Shown: positions 55,213-63,576 of the stretch, one piece after another
How positions within the stretch are numbered: the first letter of the stretch is position 1
Layout of the letters: each line of letters opens with the position of its first letter
NCBI GenBank assembly: GCA_012728335.1
Contig: JAAYFG010000055.1
Coordinates: forward strand, 967-64,966
From: Tissierellia bacterium
GTDB lineage: Bacteria > Bacillota > Clostridia > Tissierellales > Peptoniphilaceae
Direction of reading: 5' to 3'
DNA length: 64,000 bases
Program-made: the position numbers and the translations under genes
Notes under the pieces: generated by a model
The model's input: the letters and a program-made list of their open reading frames with translations, nothing else
What the model was told of the DNA's origin: nothing
Database searches by the model: none

Positions 55213-56142
55213 GTGTTAGAACATATATTAACTGAAAGGATGATGAGGATGTTAGTTGTTGATAACGCTAATTATGTATTTTCAAGTAATGGAAAAGCAG
55301 TTGCAAATGTAAAATCTGAAGAGGTTGTTTTATTTGTGACACAAGATTGTTTTGGTGGTCAGATTAAAGACGAAACCCAATTAATTCATGAAATAGATTT
55401 AAATAAAGCAAACCCTACTGCTGGACCTGTGTATGTAGAAGGTGCAGAAGTTGGCGACGTAATAGTTGCAGACATTCTAGATATTAAGGTTGGAGATAAA
55501 GGTTTTGCTTGTTCAGTGCCTGAGTCAGGGCCTCTAAATGATGTATCAGAGATTAGAACTAAAATTATCGATATTAAAGACGATACTGCATATTATAATG
55601 ATATAAAATGGAAGATAGACCCGATGGTTGGAGTTATTGGAACAGCACCAGCTGAAGGTGAAATCCCATGTGGATTAGCAGGGAATCATGGTGGAAATAT
55701 GGACTCTAAATTAATTAGAAAAGGTAGTAGGGTTTATTTACCTGTGAGAGTTGAAGGTGGATTATTTCAACTTGGAGACCTTCATGCAACAATGGGGGAC
55801 GGAGAAGTATCGGGAACAGGAATTGAAATCTGTGGTGAAGTATTAGTAAGACTATCACTTATTAAGAATTTTGAATTGAATTGGCCTGTTACGGAAACAG
55901 ATGATATGTGGTATGTGAATAGTACGGATCCTGAATATGGAAAAGCTTTGACTGAAGCTTCTAAAGAGCTAATGAGACTTATGAAACCGGTTTATGATTG
56001 GGATGAAACGGATATATTCATATATCTTTCGCTTCAAGGAGATGTTGGAGTCAATCAAGGTGTATATCCAATTCACACTCCAATGTTCACACTAAGATTT
56101 GGAATTCCAAAAGTGGTCGGTAAAAAAGCATTAATAGAATAA
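55213..56142 (+). CDS. Acetamidase/formamidase family protein (start uncertain, 55213-55249)
   Basis: About 300 aa. GPVYVEGAEVGD, NHGGNMD and GDLHATMGDGEV motifs of the FmdA/AmdA family. Confidence 0.8.
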   Translation: MLEHILTERMMRMLVVDNANYVFSSNGKAVANVKSEEVVLFVTQDCFGGQIKDETQLIHEIDLNKANPTAGPVYVEGAEVGDVIVADILDIKVGDKGFACSVPESGPLNDVSEIRTKIIDIKDDTAYYNDIKWKIDPMVGVIGTAPAEGEIPCGLAGNHGGNMDSKLIRKGSRVYLPVRVEGGLFQLGDLHATMGDGEVSGTGIEICGEVLVRLSLIKNFELNWPVTETDDMWYVNSTDPEYGKALTEASKELMRLMKPVYDWDETDIFIYLSLQGDVGVNQGVYPIHTPMFTLRFGIPKVVGKKALIE

Positions 56143-56150
56143 GTATAATA

Positions 56151-56188
56151 AACCTGTATGATGAACTGTATTCATACAGGTTTTATTT
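56151..56188 (+). terminator. Rho-independent terminator
   Basis: AACCTGTATGA...TCATACAGGTT stem plus TTTT. Confidence 0.8.
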
Positions 56189-56290
56189 ATGGGATAAAGT
56201 GGAGCAACAATATGATATAATTGCATAATCAAAGATATGATTAGTAGTATATAAATCTAATGCGAGTAATGTAATGGAAGAATTGATGAG

Positions 56291-57535
56291 GTGATGAATA
56301 TTAATAGATTTGATAATTTAATGAGTATAGTTGAAAAAATTAAAGAGATTTATGATATTAAAGAGTCTATGAGAAGTGGATTTAATATTTTCAAAGTTCT
56401 TGATAATATGAGCGATGAAGTCAATTTACATTCTAAATTGATTTGTGAGTTACTAGGTAATAGGAAGTATAATGGTAAATATATTCAACTATTCTTTCAA
56501 TCTATTGGTTTACAAGTAGATGAAAGATTAATAGATAGAGCAGTAGTTATGAGAGAACGTTCCTTCTCGAATGGTAGAATTGATATTTTGATTGAAATGT
56601 ACAATGACAAAGATAAAAAGGCGATAATCATTGAGAATAAAATATATGCTGATGATGTAAGAGGACAATTAAATAGGTATTATAAATCAGTTAAGAATTT
56701 GGGATATGATGATGGTCAAATTGAAATTATATATTTAACACTTTTTGGTGACACACCTTCAGATGACAGTATTAAAAATTTAAAACACGAAGTGAAGTGT
56801 ATTTCTTATTCTGAAGACATTAATAAATGGATAGAAGCGTGCATCAGAGAATCAGCAGAAATACCAGAGGTAAGGGAAATTTTAATTCAGTATAGAGATG
56901 TTATTAAAATCTTAACTTACAGAGAGGAGGACGAGATGGTAAATGATATAAAGATTGAATTGATGAAAAATTTAGAACGATATGAATGTGGTCTAGACAT
57001 ATCAAAAGCTGTTTTAGAAGTAAAAAAGGAACAACAATATGTATTGTGGAGCGAATTGGAAAGACGACTCTCTGAAGTCAATAGTATAAAACTAGTAGAC
57101 GATGAAAAATTTCTGTCAAATAAAAATAAACACTATAGCAAAAAATTGATAAATGATTATTACGAAAAAAATGTTGGTGCAAAAACTTACGGTATTACAT
57201 ACTTCGTGAAAAATATTGAAGATATAGGAGATATATACATAAGAATTGAGATGTCCGATTTGGTTTTCTTTGGTATTAGAAAGAGCTTAGGAACACTTAA
57301 TAAAAGTGAAAAGTACAAATCTCTATTAATTAATTTAAAAGAAGCTGGTTTTAATGGTTTAGATACTCAGTGGTGGGTTGGATGGAAGTTTTTTAACTTA
57401 ACACCAAATCTCTATGTTAAAACTATGAACACTGAGTTAGTTGGAACTTTAATAGACGACGAGAATAGAGATGCTATGATGAATAGAATAGCAGAACAAA
57501 TTGAGGATCTTATAAGATTAATAAATAGAGTTTAA
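56291..57535 (+). CDS. PD-(D/E)xK nuclease superfamily protein (PDDEXK_4-like N-terminal half plus uncharacterised C-terminal half)
   Basis: FNIFKVL...EVNLHSKLICELLG...GRIDILIE...IIENKIYADD...QLNRYY matches the D...E-x-K core layout of this family. Confidence 0.65.
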   Translation: MMNINRFDNLMSIVEKIKEIYDIKESMRSGFNIFKVLDNMSDEVNLHSKLICELLGNRKYNGKYIQLFFQSIGLQVDERLIDRAVVMRERSFSNGRIDILIEMYNDKDKKAIIIENKIYADDVRGQLNRYYKSVKNLGYDDGQIEIIYLTLFGDTPSDDSIKNLKHEVKCISYSEDINKWIEACIRESAEIPEVREILIQYRDVIKILTYREEDEMVNDIKIELMKNLERYECGLDISKAVLEVKKEQQYVLWSELERRLSEVNSIKLVDDEKFLSNKNKHYSKKLINDYYEKNVGAKTYGITYFVKNIEDIGDIYIRIEMSDLVFFGIRKSLGTLNKSEKYKSLLINLKEAGFNGLDTQWWVGWKFFNLTPNLYVKTMNTELVGTLIDDENRDAMMNRIAEQIEDLIRLINRV

Positions 57536-57537
57536 GA

Positions 57538-57566
57538 TAAAAGCCAGATGAATATCTGGCTTTTTC
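57538..57566. terminator. Bidirectional terminator between convergent genes
   Basis: AGCCAGAT...ATCTGGCT stem with flanking A-run and T-run. Confidence 0.8.
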
Positions 57567-57570
57567 TATA

Positions 57571-58281
57571 TTAAATCAAATTAAATACATATTTGAATAT
57601 CATAATTATTCCAATCATACCTAGTGTAGTCACTACAGGGAATAATTTATCTTTGATAGTAATATTGATATCAACATAACTAGTTCTTTTTACATCAGGA
57701 TTAAATCCCCTTGATTCCATAGCTCCTGCAAGTACTTCTGAATGAAGTACAGTTTTTGAAAGCACTGGTGCAATAAGTCTAGGAGAGAAAGGCAATACAT
57801 TTATTCCTAAAGCTTTAAATGCAAGTTTCTTTTTTTTGTATTCCTCATTTATCACGGGCATCATCTGAAATGCTGCAAAAAATCCATATACAAATTTTGT
57901 TGACAGTGGAGTTAGCATCTCCAATGATTTTATAAAATCCATATGTTTAGTAGTAAGTACAAAACACATTCCCATTATTGGAAAACAAATCGCTCTACTT
58001 GCCAAATTCATTCCATTCCAAATTCTATTATCTAAGACTACAATATCTGTTTGTGTTGAACTTGTAAATTTATATCCCGTAATAAACATTGAAATTGCAA
58101 TGATAAATATCCAAATGAGTGGTTTAAATATGTTTTTACTTGGGACTCCTGATATCAATAAAAGTAGTATTGATATGATTATCAGTGCTATATTCACACT
58201 TACATTATAAGTAAATGCCAGTATAATTATAGGAATTATAAGTCCGGTAAATTTAAACAGTGGATTTATTTTATATAGCAT
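57571..58281 (-). CDS. ykoC: ECF transporter transmembrane (T) component
   Basis: 236-aa CbiQ/EcfT-like membrane protein. Last gene of the TPP-riboswitch operon. Confidence 0.75.
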   Translation of the reverse strand: MLYKINPLFKFTGLIIPIIILAFTYNVSVNIALIIISILLLLISGVPSKNIFKPLIWIFIIAISMFITGYKFTSSTQTDIVVLDNRIWNGMNLASRAICFPIMGMCFVLTTKHMDFIKSLEMLTPLSTKFVYGFFAAFQMMPVINEEYKKKKLAFKALGINVLPFSPRLIAPVLSKTVLHSEVLAGAMESRGFNPDVKRTSYVDINITIKDKLFPVVTTLGMIGIIMIFKYVFNLI

Positions 58282-59728
58282 AGTTCACCTCAATTGGTTT
58301 TAGGATTCCATCTACTAGTTCAAAACTATAGTCGGTATATTGTTCTATAAGTTTCTTATTATGACTTATTATTATGACTGTCATTTCCTTATTCATATTT
58401 ACAGAAAGTATTAAATCCATAATTTCTTTTACTGACATGAAATCCTGAGCATAAGTAGGTTCGTCGCATACCAGTATATCGTAATTGGCAGCAAGAACTG
58501 ATATCACTCCAAGTCTTCGTTGTTGTCCTTGGCTTAACATATACGGAGAAAAGTTACGATATTGCCACAAATTGACTTTTTCCAAATAGCCTTTTGCTAT
58601 ATTATCGTCATTAATTCCATTGGCATTTAGGCTTAGCATAATTTCATCCAAAACATTATTTGTTAGGAATTGATCTTGCGGATCTTGGAAGATATATCCA
58701 ATTTTTAGTTCATTTCTACTTTTTTTGAATATTTTAGATTGATTATGTGTATGGGCAGTAATTGTACCTTCATATTCTATATTTTTAGATATAACCTTTA
58801 ATAGTGTTGATTTTCCGGCACCACTCTTTCCGGCAATTCCATAAATTTTTCCTATTTCCAACTCTAAGGACAAGTTTTCTAGTATATATTCATTATACTT
58901 AATAGATATATCCTTAAGAGACATTATTGTTTTCGAGGGTTTATTATTTTTAACCCTACTTATATAATTATCTCCTGGATATTCAATGCCAATGTCATGG
59001 AAAATCTTAATATAATCACTTAAATTGTCTTTACTGACACTTTCACTAATTATACAACCATTGACTCCTAATAATATCATCTTGTCCATATAATCAAGCC
59101 AAGGAGATATTTTATGGTCTATAACGATGATTGAGTATTCATATTCTTCTTTTAAATCATAAAGTAGTTTAATGAATTTTTCAGTACTTTCTGAATCAAG
59201 GTTTGCAAAAGGTTCATCAAGGATTAACCATTTTGAACCTATTGCAAGTGAGCAGGCAAGTGCTACTCTTTGTTTTTCTCCGCCTGAAAGAGTATTTAGT
59301 GAATAGTTTTTAAGGTGGGTAATTTCTGTGTGAGAAAGTACTCTTTCTATTATTAGGTCCATTTCTTCTTTTGGAATTCCAATATTTTCAAGGCAGAAGA
59401 TGATTTCGTTTAAAGGAGTATCTGTACAGAATTGTAAATTAGCGTTTTGAAACATCATTCCTATAAGTTTTGCTCTTTCATTTATTGGAATAGAATGTAT
59501 ATTAATTCCATTTATAAGTATTTCACCTGATTCTAAAATTCCTCCATGTTCAGGATATAAGCCGGACAGTATATAGCATAGAGTACTTTTTCCAGACCCC
59601 GAAACTCCAGTGATTAAAGTGATTTCATTAGGATTGAAAGTAATGCTAAAGTCTTGTAGAATTAAAGGATTGTATTCATCATATCTGAAATTCAAGTTTT
59701 TACATTGAAAACTATTTGAAGAACTCAT
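58271..59728 (-). CDS. ykoD: ECF transporter duplicated ATPase (two fused ABC NBDs)
   Basis: Two Walker A motifs (GVSGSGKST, GKSGAGKST) and two signatures (LSGGEKQR, LSQGQQRR). Confidence 0.85.
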   Translation of the reverse strand: MSSSNSFQCKNLNFRYDEYNPLILQDFSITFNPNEITLITGVSGSGKSTLCYILSGLYPEHGGILESGEILINGINIHSIPINERAKLIGMMFQNANLQFCTDTPLNEIIFCLENIGIPKEEMDLIIERVLSHTEITHLKNYSLNTLSGGEKQRVALACSLAIGSKWLILDEPFANLDSESTEKFIKLLYDLKEEYEYSIIVIDHKISPWLDYMDKMILLGVNGCIISESVSKDNLSDYIKIFHDIGIEYPGDNYISRVKNNKPSKTIMSLKDISIKYNEYILENLSLELEIGKIYGIAGKSGAGKSTLLKVISKNIEYEGTITAHTHNQSKIFKKSRNELKIGYIFQDPQDQFLTNNVLDEIMLSLNANGINDDNIAKGYLEKVNLWQYRNFSPYMLSQGQQRRLGVISVLAANYDILVCDEPTYAQDFMSVKEIMDLILSVNMNKEMTVIIISHNKKLIEQYTDYSFELVDGILKPIEVNYAI

Positions 59729-60602
59729 TTGTAAATCCTTCAGATTTAATCGATAAATCTCTATTCACAAGATTATTCTCATACATCCATTTACTAAAAT
59801 TATTCCATCTAGCAACTTCAATACGTCCCCATTGACTATCTTTGTTAAGATAGATATTTGAAACATATTCTTGACTGGTTTTCCATAGATTTTGACTTAT
59901 ATTTGGTCTTAAATCTGAAAGTAATTTTATGGCTTCATCAGGATGATTTTTTGCCATTTGATATCCTTTTTCAGTAGCGCTTAGAAAGTTAGAAATCAGT
60001 TCTGGATCTTCATCAATCAAAGTGTTTTGAACGAAAAGTGCTGGTGAACAATAATTGAATACTGGATTTAAATCAGGAAAGGCGAAATAGTTTACTTCAT
60101 ATCCTGCGTCTAACAATTCAAAGTACTCCCAACTTTTATAAACCCATGTTGCATCTCCAACAGTATTTAATGTGGTCACTATATCTGAAACATCCATAGG
60201 AACTAAATCTACTTTTGAATAATCTCCTCCATCTTCATTGATGACTTGATTCAAAACTGTATGAAACCATTCTTGGTTCCAATGAGTAAGTCTTTTGGTC
60301 ATAAGTTTTTTAGGTGAAGTAATATCATTTTCTTTAAGTGAAACGATTCCCGAATCATTAATTTGTGTAATGCTTGCTATTCCCGTTAGATTGGCAATTA
60401 TTGGGTTTTCAATACCAAGCACATAAGATGCTTGTGGAGCGCAAATAAAATCTGATCCCGATAGAAGTGTTTCTCCTTCTGCTTCACCATGTATTGTCAA
60501 GTCTATTCCATGTTTTTCGTACAATCCATTTGCTTTTGCCATATAGAAACCAGAATGATTAGTATTAGGTTCCCAATCTAAAGTTAAAACTATTTTTCTC
60601 AT
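59712..60602 (-). CDS. NMT1/THI5/ThiY-like protein without signal peptide
   Basis: Begins directly MRKIVLTLDWEPNTNHSGFYMAKANGLYEKHGIDL, like the first strand of the THI5/ThiY fold. No lipobox or hydrophobic leader. Confidence 0.65.
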   Translation of the reverse strand: MRKIVLTLDWEPNTNHSGFYMAKANGLYEKHGIDLTIHGEAEGETLLSGSDFICAPQASYVLGIENPIIANLTGIASITQINDSGIVSLKENDITSPKKLMTKRLTHWNQEWFHTVLNQVINEDGGDYSKVDLVPMDVSDIVTTLNTVGDATWVYKSWEYFELLDAGYEVNYFAFPDLNPVFNYCSPALFVQNTLIDEDPELISNFLSATEKGYQMAKNHPDEAIKLLSDLRPNISQNLWKTSQEYVSNIYLNKDSQWGRIEVARWNNFSKWMYENNLVNRDLSIKSEGFTNEFFK

Positions 60603-61207
60603 TATAATTCCTCAACTTTCATTAATTTAATATTATCTTTTCCAAGTGGATAACTTTTTAAGATTCCTGTTTTTGCCATTAAATCTCCTACTATTTTGAC
60701 TAACACTCCCGAAAATATCACCGCACTTAATATTCTTACTACCAACATTGAAATAAGCAAACCGGGAGCTAAGTTCGCGTATCCTGATTGAACAAATCCC
60801 CATAAAAAAGTAATTATTGCAGCAAAAGTTCCTGAAAGTGAAAGACTTACTCTATCAAATTTTTTGTATTTAAATGCTGCAAATCCAAGTTCTGTTCCTA
60901 TTCCTTGAAGCGTACCGGCAATTATTACTAGCGGTCCTCCAATATTTCCCATAAATAGTTCCAAAAACGATGCTATAATTTCAGATGCAAAAGCCACACC
61001 CGGTTTTTGCATAATATATGCGGCAAGTGTTGCTGCACTAAACCATATTCCATATATGATTTCATATGCAAAGGGACTCAATCCTAGTGGAGCAAGTGCA
61101 ACTTGTAATACTTGTCCGAAGTAGAGTACTCCTAAATAGATAAATGAAAAAACTACACCAATTCCTCCAACCATAATGACATCTCTTAATTTCCAATTTT
61201 TTCCCAT
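60602..61207 (-). CDS. ykoE: ECF transporter substrate-specific (S) component, YkoE family (HMP/thiamine-related)
   Basis: Resembles B. subtilis YkoE as I recall it (W-K-[VL]-[KR]-[ED]-[IV] near the N-terminus, AYExIYGIWF, MxxKPG, SEIIA). First gene after the TPP riboswitch. Confidence 0.8.
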   Translation of the reverse strand: MGKNWKLRDVIMVGGIGVVFSFIYLGVLYFGQVLQVALAPLGLSPFAYEIIYGIWFSAATLAAYIMQKPGVAFASEIIASFLELFMGNIGGPLVIIAGTLQGIGTELGFAAFKYKKFDRVSLSLSGTFAAIITFLWGFVQSGYANLAPGLLISMLVVRILSAVIFSGVLVKIVGDLMAKTGILKSYPLGKDNIKLMKVEEL

Positions 61208-61280
61208 ATAAATCTCCTTTCAAAAGTAAATAAAAAGAGGCACTCTTTATAGAACTCAATAAAGATTGCCTTTTAGCCAA

Positions 61281-61308
61281 ATAAAAAACTTCATAATATT
61301 TATGAAGT
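61281..61308 (-). terminator. TPP riboswitch expression-platform terminator
   Basis: Minus-strand RNA ACUUCAUAA-aua-UUAUGAAGU followed by UUUUUAUUU. Confidence 0.8.
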
Positions 61309-61320
61309 ATGTTTGATAAA

Positions 61321-61400
61321 CATCCCTACGTCAGCATTATCTGTATCAGGTTCAAAGGGTACTGGACTTATCCATCTCAGCCATAATAGGCGCCCCTGTA
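61321..61400 (-). promoter_or_regulatory. TPP (THI-box) riboswitch
   Basis: Minus-strand sequence CAGGGGCGCC...GCUGAGAUGG...ACCCUUUGAACCUGAUACAGAUAAUGCUGACGUAGGGA carries the conserved CUGAGA and ACCUGAU...GCGUAGGGA elements. Confidence 0.9.
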
Positions 61401-61440
61401 TGTATTTAATTGTCAGCAATAGATTAATATTACTTTAACT

Positions 61441-61469
61441 ATCTTATACCTATTTAAAGCAGTTGTCAA
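61441..61469 (-). promoter_or_regulatory. SigmaA-type promoter of the ykoE operon
   Basis: Minus strand TTGACA (61469-61464) - 17 nt - TAAGAT (61446-61441). Confidence 0.45.
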
Positions 61470-61470
61470 C

Positions 61471-61514
61471 TAATAGAAATATTAAGCGTAATAGTTTGCT
61501 TAATATTTCTATTA
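61471..61514. repeat. Perfect 17-bp inverted repeat TAATAGAAATATTAAGC - 10 nt - GCTTAATATTTCTATTA
   Basis: Arms are exact reverse complements. No flanking T-run on either strand. Abuts the -35 of the ykoE promoter. Confidence 0.6.
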
Positions 61515-61632
61515 TAAATCATAGTATGATATCATAAACAAAAGATTCATATTCCAATGGAAATAGTGTAAATAAATTTGATTAACAGAATATTAATACA
61601 ATAAAATTAGAAGAACAGGTGAGAATATAAAA

Positions 61633-62070
61633 ATGATTAGAAAATGTACAATAAACGATTTAAAAAACTTAACAGAAATGTCAATAAAACTTTGGCCAAA
61701 TCACAATATAGATGAAATGTATAGTGAAATAGCAGATATACTTGTAAATGAAAATTCTGTTTATTTTATTGCAGAAGAAGGCGGAATTGCGATTGGTTTT
61801 GCACAGTGTCAAATAAGAAGTGATTATGTAGAAGGAACTAGTAAAAGTCCAGTAGGATATTTAGAGGCAATTTACATAGAAGAAGACTACCGACTAAAAA
61901 ATTACGGCAGTATCTTAGTAAGGGCATGTGAAGAATGGACCAAAGAAAATAATTGCATTGAATTTGGAAGTGATTGTGAAATTGAAAATACTAATAGCTA
62001 CGAGTTTCATTTAAAAATGGGATTTAAGGAAGCAAATAGAATAATATGTTTTACAAAAAAATTAGATTAA
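61633..62070 (+). CDS. GNAT acetyltransferase, AAC(6')-I-like (aminoglycoside 6'-N-acetyltransferase family resemblance)
   Basis: 145 aa. LWP near the N-terminus, GFAQCQIRSDYVEGTSKSPVGYLEAIYIEEDYR and ASD-like GSDCEIEN..S..FH..MGF layout recall AAC(6')-I enzymes. Confidence 0.55.
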   Translation: MIRKCTINDLKNLTEMSIKLWPNHNIDEMYSEIADILVNENSVYFIAEEGGIAIGFAQCQIRSDYVEGTSKSPVGYLEAIYIEEDYRLKNYGSILVRACEEWTKENNCIEFGSDCEIENTNSYEFHLKMGFKEANRIICFTKKLD

Positions 62071-62097
62071 AAAAGAGTCGATAAAATCGACTCTTTT
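62071..62097. terminator. Bidirectional terminator between convergent genes
   Basis: AAAAGAGTCGA-taaaa-TCGACTCTTTT. Confidence 0.85.
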
Positions 62098-62099
62098 CC

Positions 62100-63326
62100 T
62101 TATATTCTAACTTGATGGAATACTTTTTTACCTTTTTTAATCATTAATTTATTGTCTTCGAAATCTTCTAGTGTAATCACTTGTTTAAAGTCTTTTGCTT
62201 TTTCATCATTTAATTGAACACCATTTTGTTGAATAAGTCTTCTACCTTCACTATTTGATTCAATTAGTTCAAGTTTTGTAAGAAGTTCAAGTATTGGCAT
62301 ACCATCTTTGAAATCAGCTTCATTCATTTCAGTGAAAGGAATACTTCCTTCGTCAACACCACCATTTTCAAATAGTGCTTTAGCTGCTTTTTGTGCTTCG
62401 ATAGCTGCTTCTTCTGAGTGAACTATTTTTGTAACTTCAAAAGCTAATACTTCTTTAGCATGGTTTATTTCTTGCCCTTCAACATTGGTTAATCTTTCTA
62501 TTTCTTCCATAGGTAAGAAAGTCAATATTCTCATAAATTTAGCTACATCTCTATCATCACAATTTCTTAAGTATTGATAGAATTCATAAGGAGAAGTTCT
62601 TTCTGGATCTAGCCAAATTGTTCCGGCTTCAGTTTTACCCATTTTAATTCCACTTGCAGTAGTAAGTAGTTTAAATGTCATAGCATAAACTTTGTCTTGT
62701 TCTAGTTTTCTTACTAGTTCATATCCACTCAATATATTAGACCATTGATCAGATCCACCTAGTTGAAGTTTTACACCATATTCTCTATATAGATGCAAGT
62801 AGTCATAAGATTGCATAAGCATATATCCAAATTCAAAGAAAGTAAGTCCTTTATCTAATCTGTTTTTATATGCATCAAATTGAAGCATTCTATTAACAGA
62901 GAAATGCACACCTATTTCTCTCATGAAATCTAAAAAGTTTAAATCTGCTAACCAATCACCATTGTTAACGAAAAATGCTTTTCCTTCTCCAAAATCTAAA
63001 AATCTAGATAATTGGTTTTGAAATTGATTGGCATTATGGTCAATGAAATCATTACTCATAAGTTTTCTCATATCAGATTTGCCTGATGGGTCACCAATCC
63101 TAGTAGTTCCTCCACCAAGAAGCGCTATAGGAATATGTCCAGCGTTTTGCATATGTTTCATAACCATGATTTGAACGAAGTGTCCAAGTGTTAAACTGTC
63201 TGCTGTTGCATCAAATCCAATATAGAATTTAATCGGTTCTCCACCTAGAAGTTCTCTTAATTCATCTTCATAGGTAACCTGGTCAATATAATCTCTTTCT
63301 TTTAAAATATCGAATACGTTTTTCAT
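62100..63326 (-). CDS. tyrS: Tyrosine--tRNA ligase
   Basis: HLGH-type motif (SLTLGHF), KMGKT (KMSKS variant), C-terminal S4-like domain. 408 aa. Confidence 0.93.
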   Translation of the reverse strand: MKNVFDILKERDYIDQVTYEDELRELLGGEPIKFYIGFDATADSLTLGHFVQIMVMKHMQNAGHIPIALLGGGTTRIGDPSGKSDMRKLMSNDFIDHNANQFQNQLSRFLDFGEGKAFFVNNGDWLADLNFLDFMREIGVHFSVNRMLQFDAYKNRLDKGLTFFEFGYMLMQSYDYLHLYREYGVKLQLGGSDQWSNILSGYELVRKLEQDKVYAMTFKLLTTASGIKMGKTEAGTIWLDPERTSPYEFYQYLRNCDDRDVAKFMRILTFLPMEEIERLTNVEGQEINHAKEVLAFEVTKIVHSEEAAIEAQKAAKALFENGGVDEGSIPFTEMNEADFKDGMPILELLTKLELIESNSEGRRLIQQNGVQLNDEKAKDFKQVITLEDFEDNKLMIKKGKKVFHQVRI

Positions 63327-63334
63327 CTTTTCCC

Positions 63335-63510
63335 TCCAAAAATAAATAAAAAGACTCTACTGAAAGGGCGACTCATCGCGGTACCACCTTTCTTTAGGTC
63401 TTTACTCATACACAATATATGACAATTATCAAACTCCAGATTTGTAATTCCCAACGAGTATCTCAACTAATTGGTACTGATATACTTCATCGTTTCATTT
63501 TTAATTATGA
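63335..63510 (-). promoter_or_regulatory. T-box leader (tyrosine specifier UAC)
   Basis: Minus-strand T-box sequence AAAGGUGGUACCGCG (63377-63392). Specifier-loop-like GGAAUUACAAA with UAC at 63446-63444. Terminator helix ending in GUCUUUUUAUUU just before the SD. Confidence 0.85.
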
Positions 63511-63514
63511 TGCT

Positions 63515-63543
63515 AATATATAATAATTAATTTATATTGTCAA
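63515..63543 (-). promoter_or_regulatory. SigmaA-type promoter of the tyrS T-box leader
   Basis: Minus strand TTGACA (63543-63538) - 17 nt - TATATT (63520-63515). Confidence 0.6.
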
Positions 63544-63576
63544 GTCTTTGGTATAATGTTTTAAGGAGGGATATTA

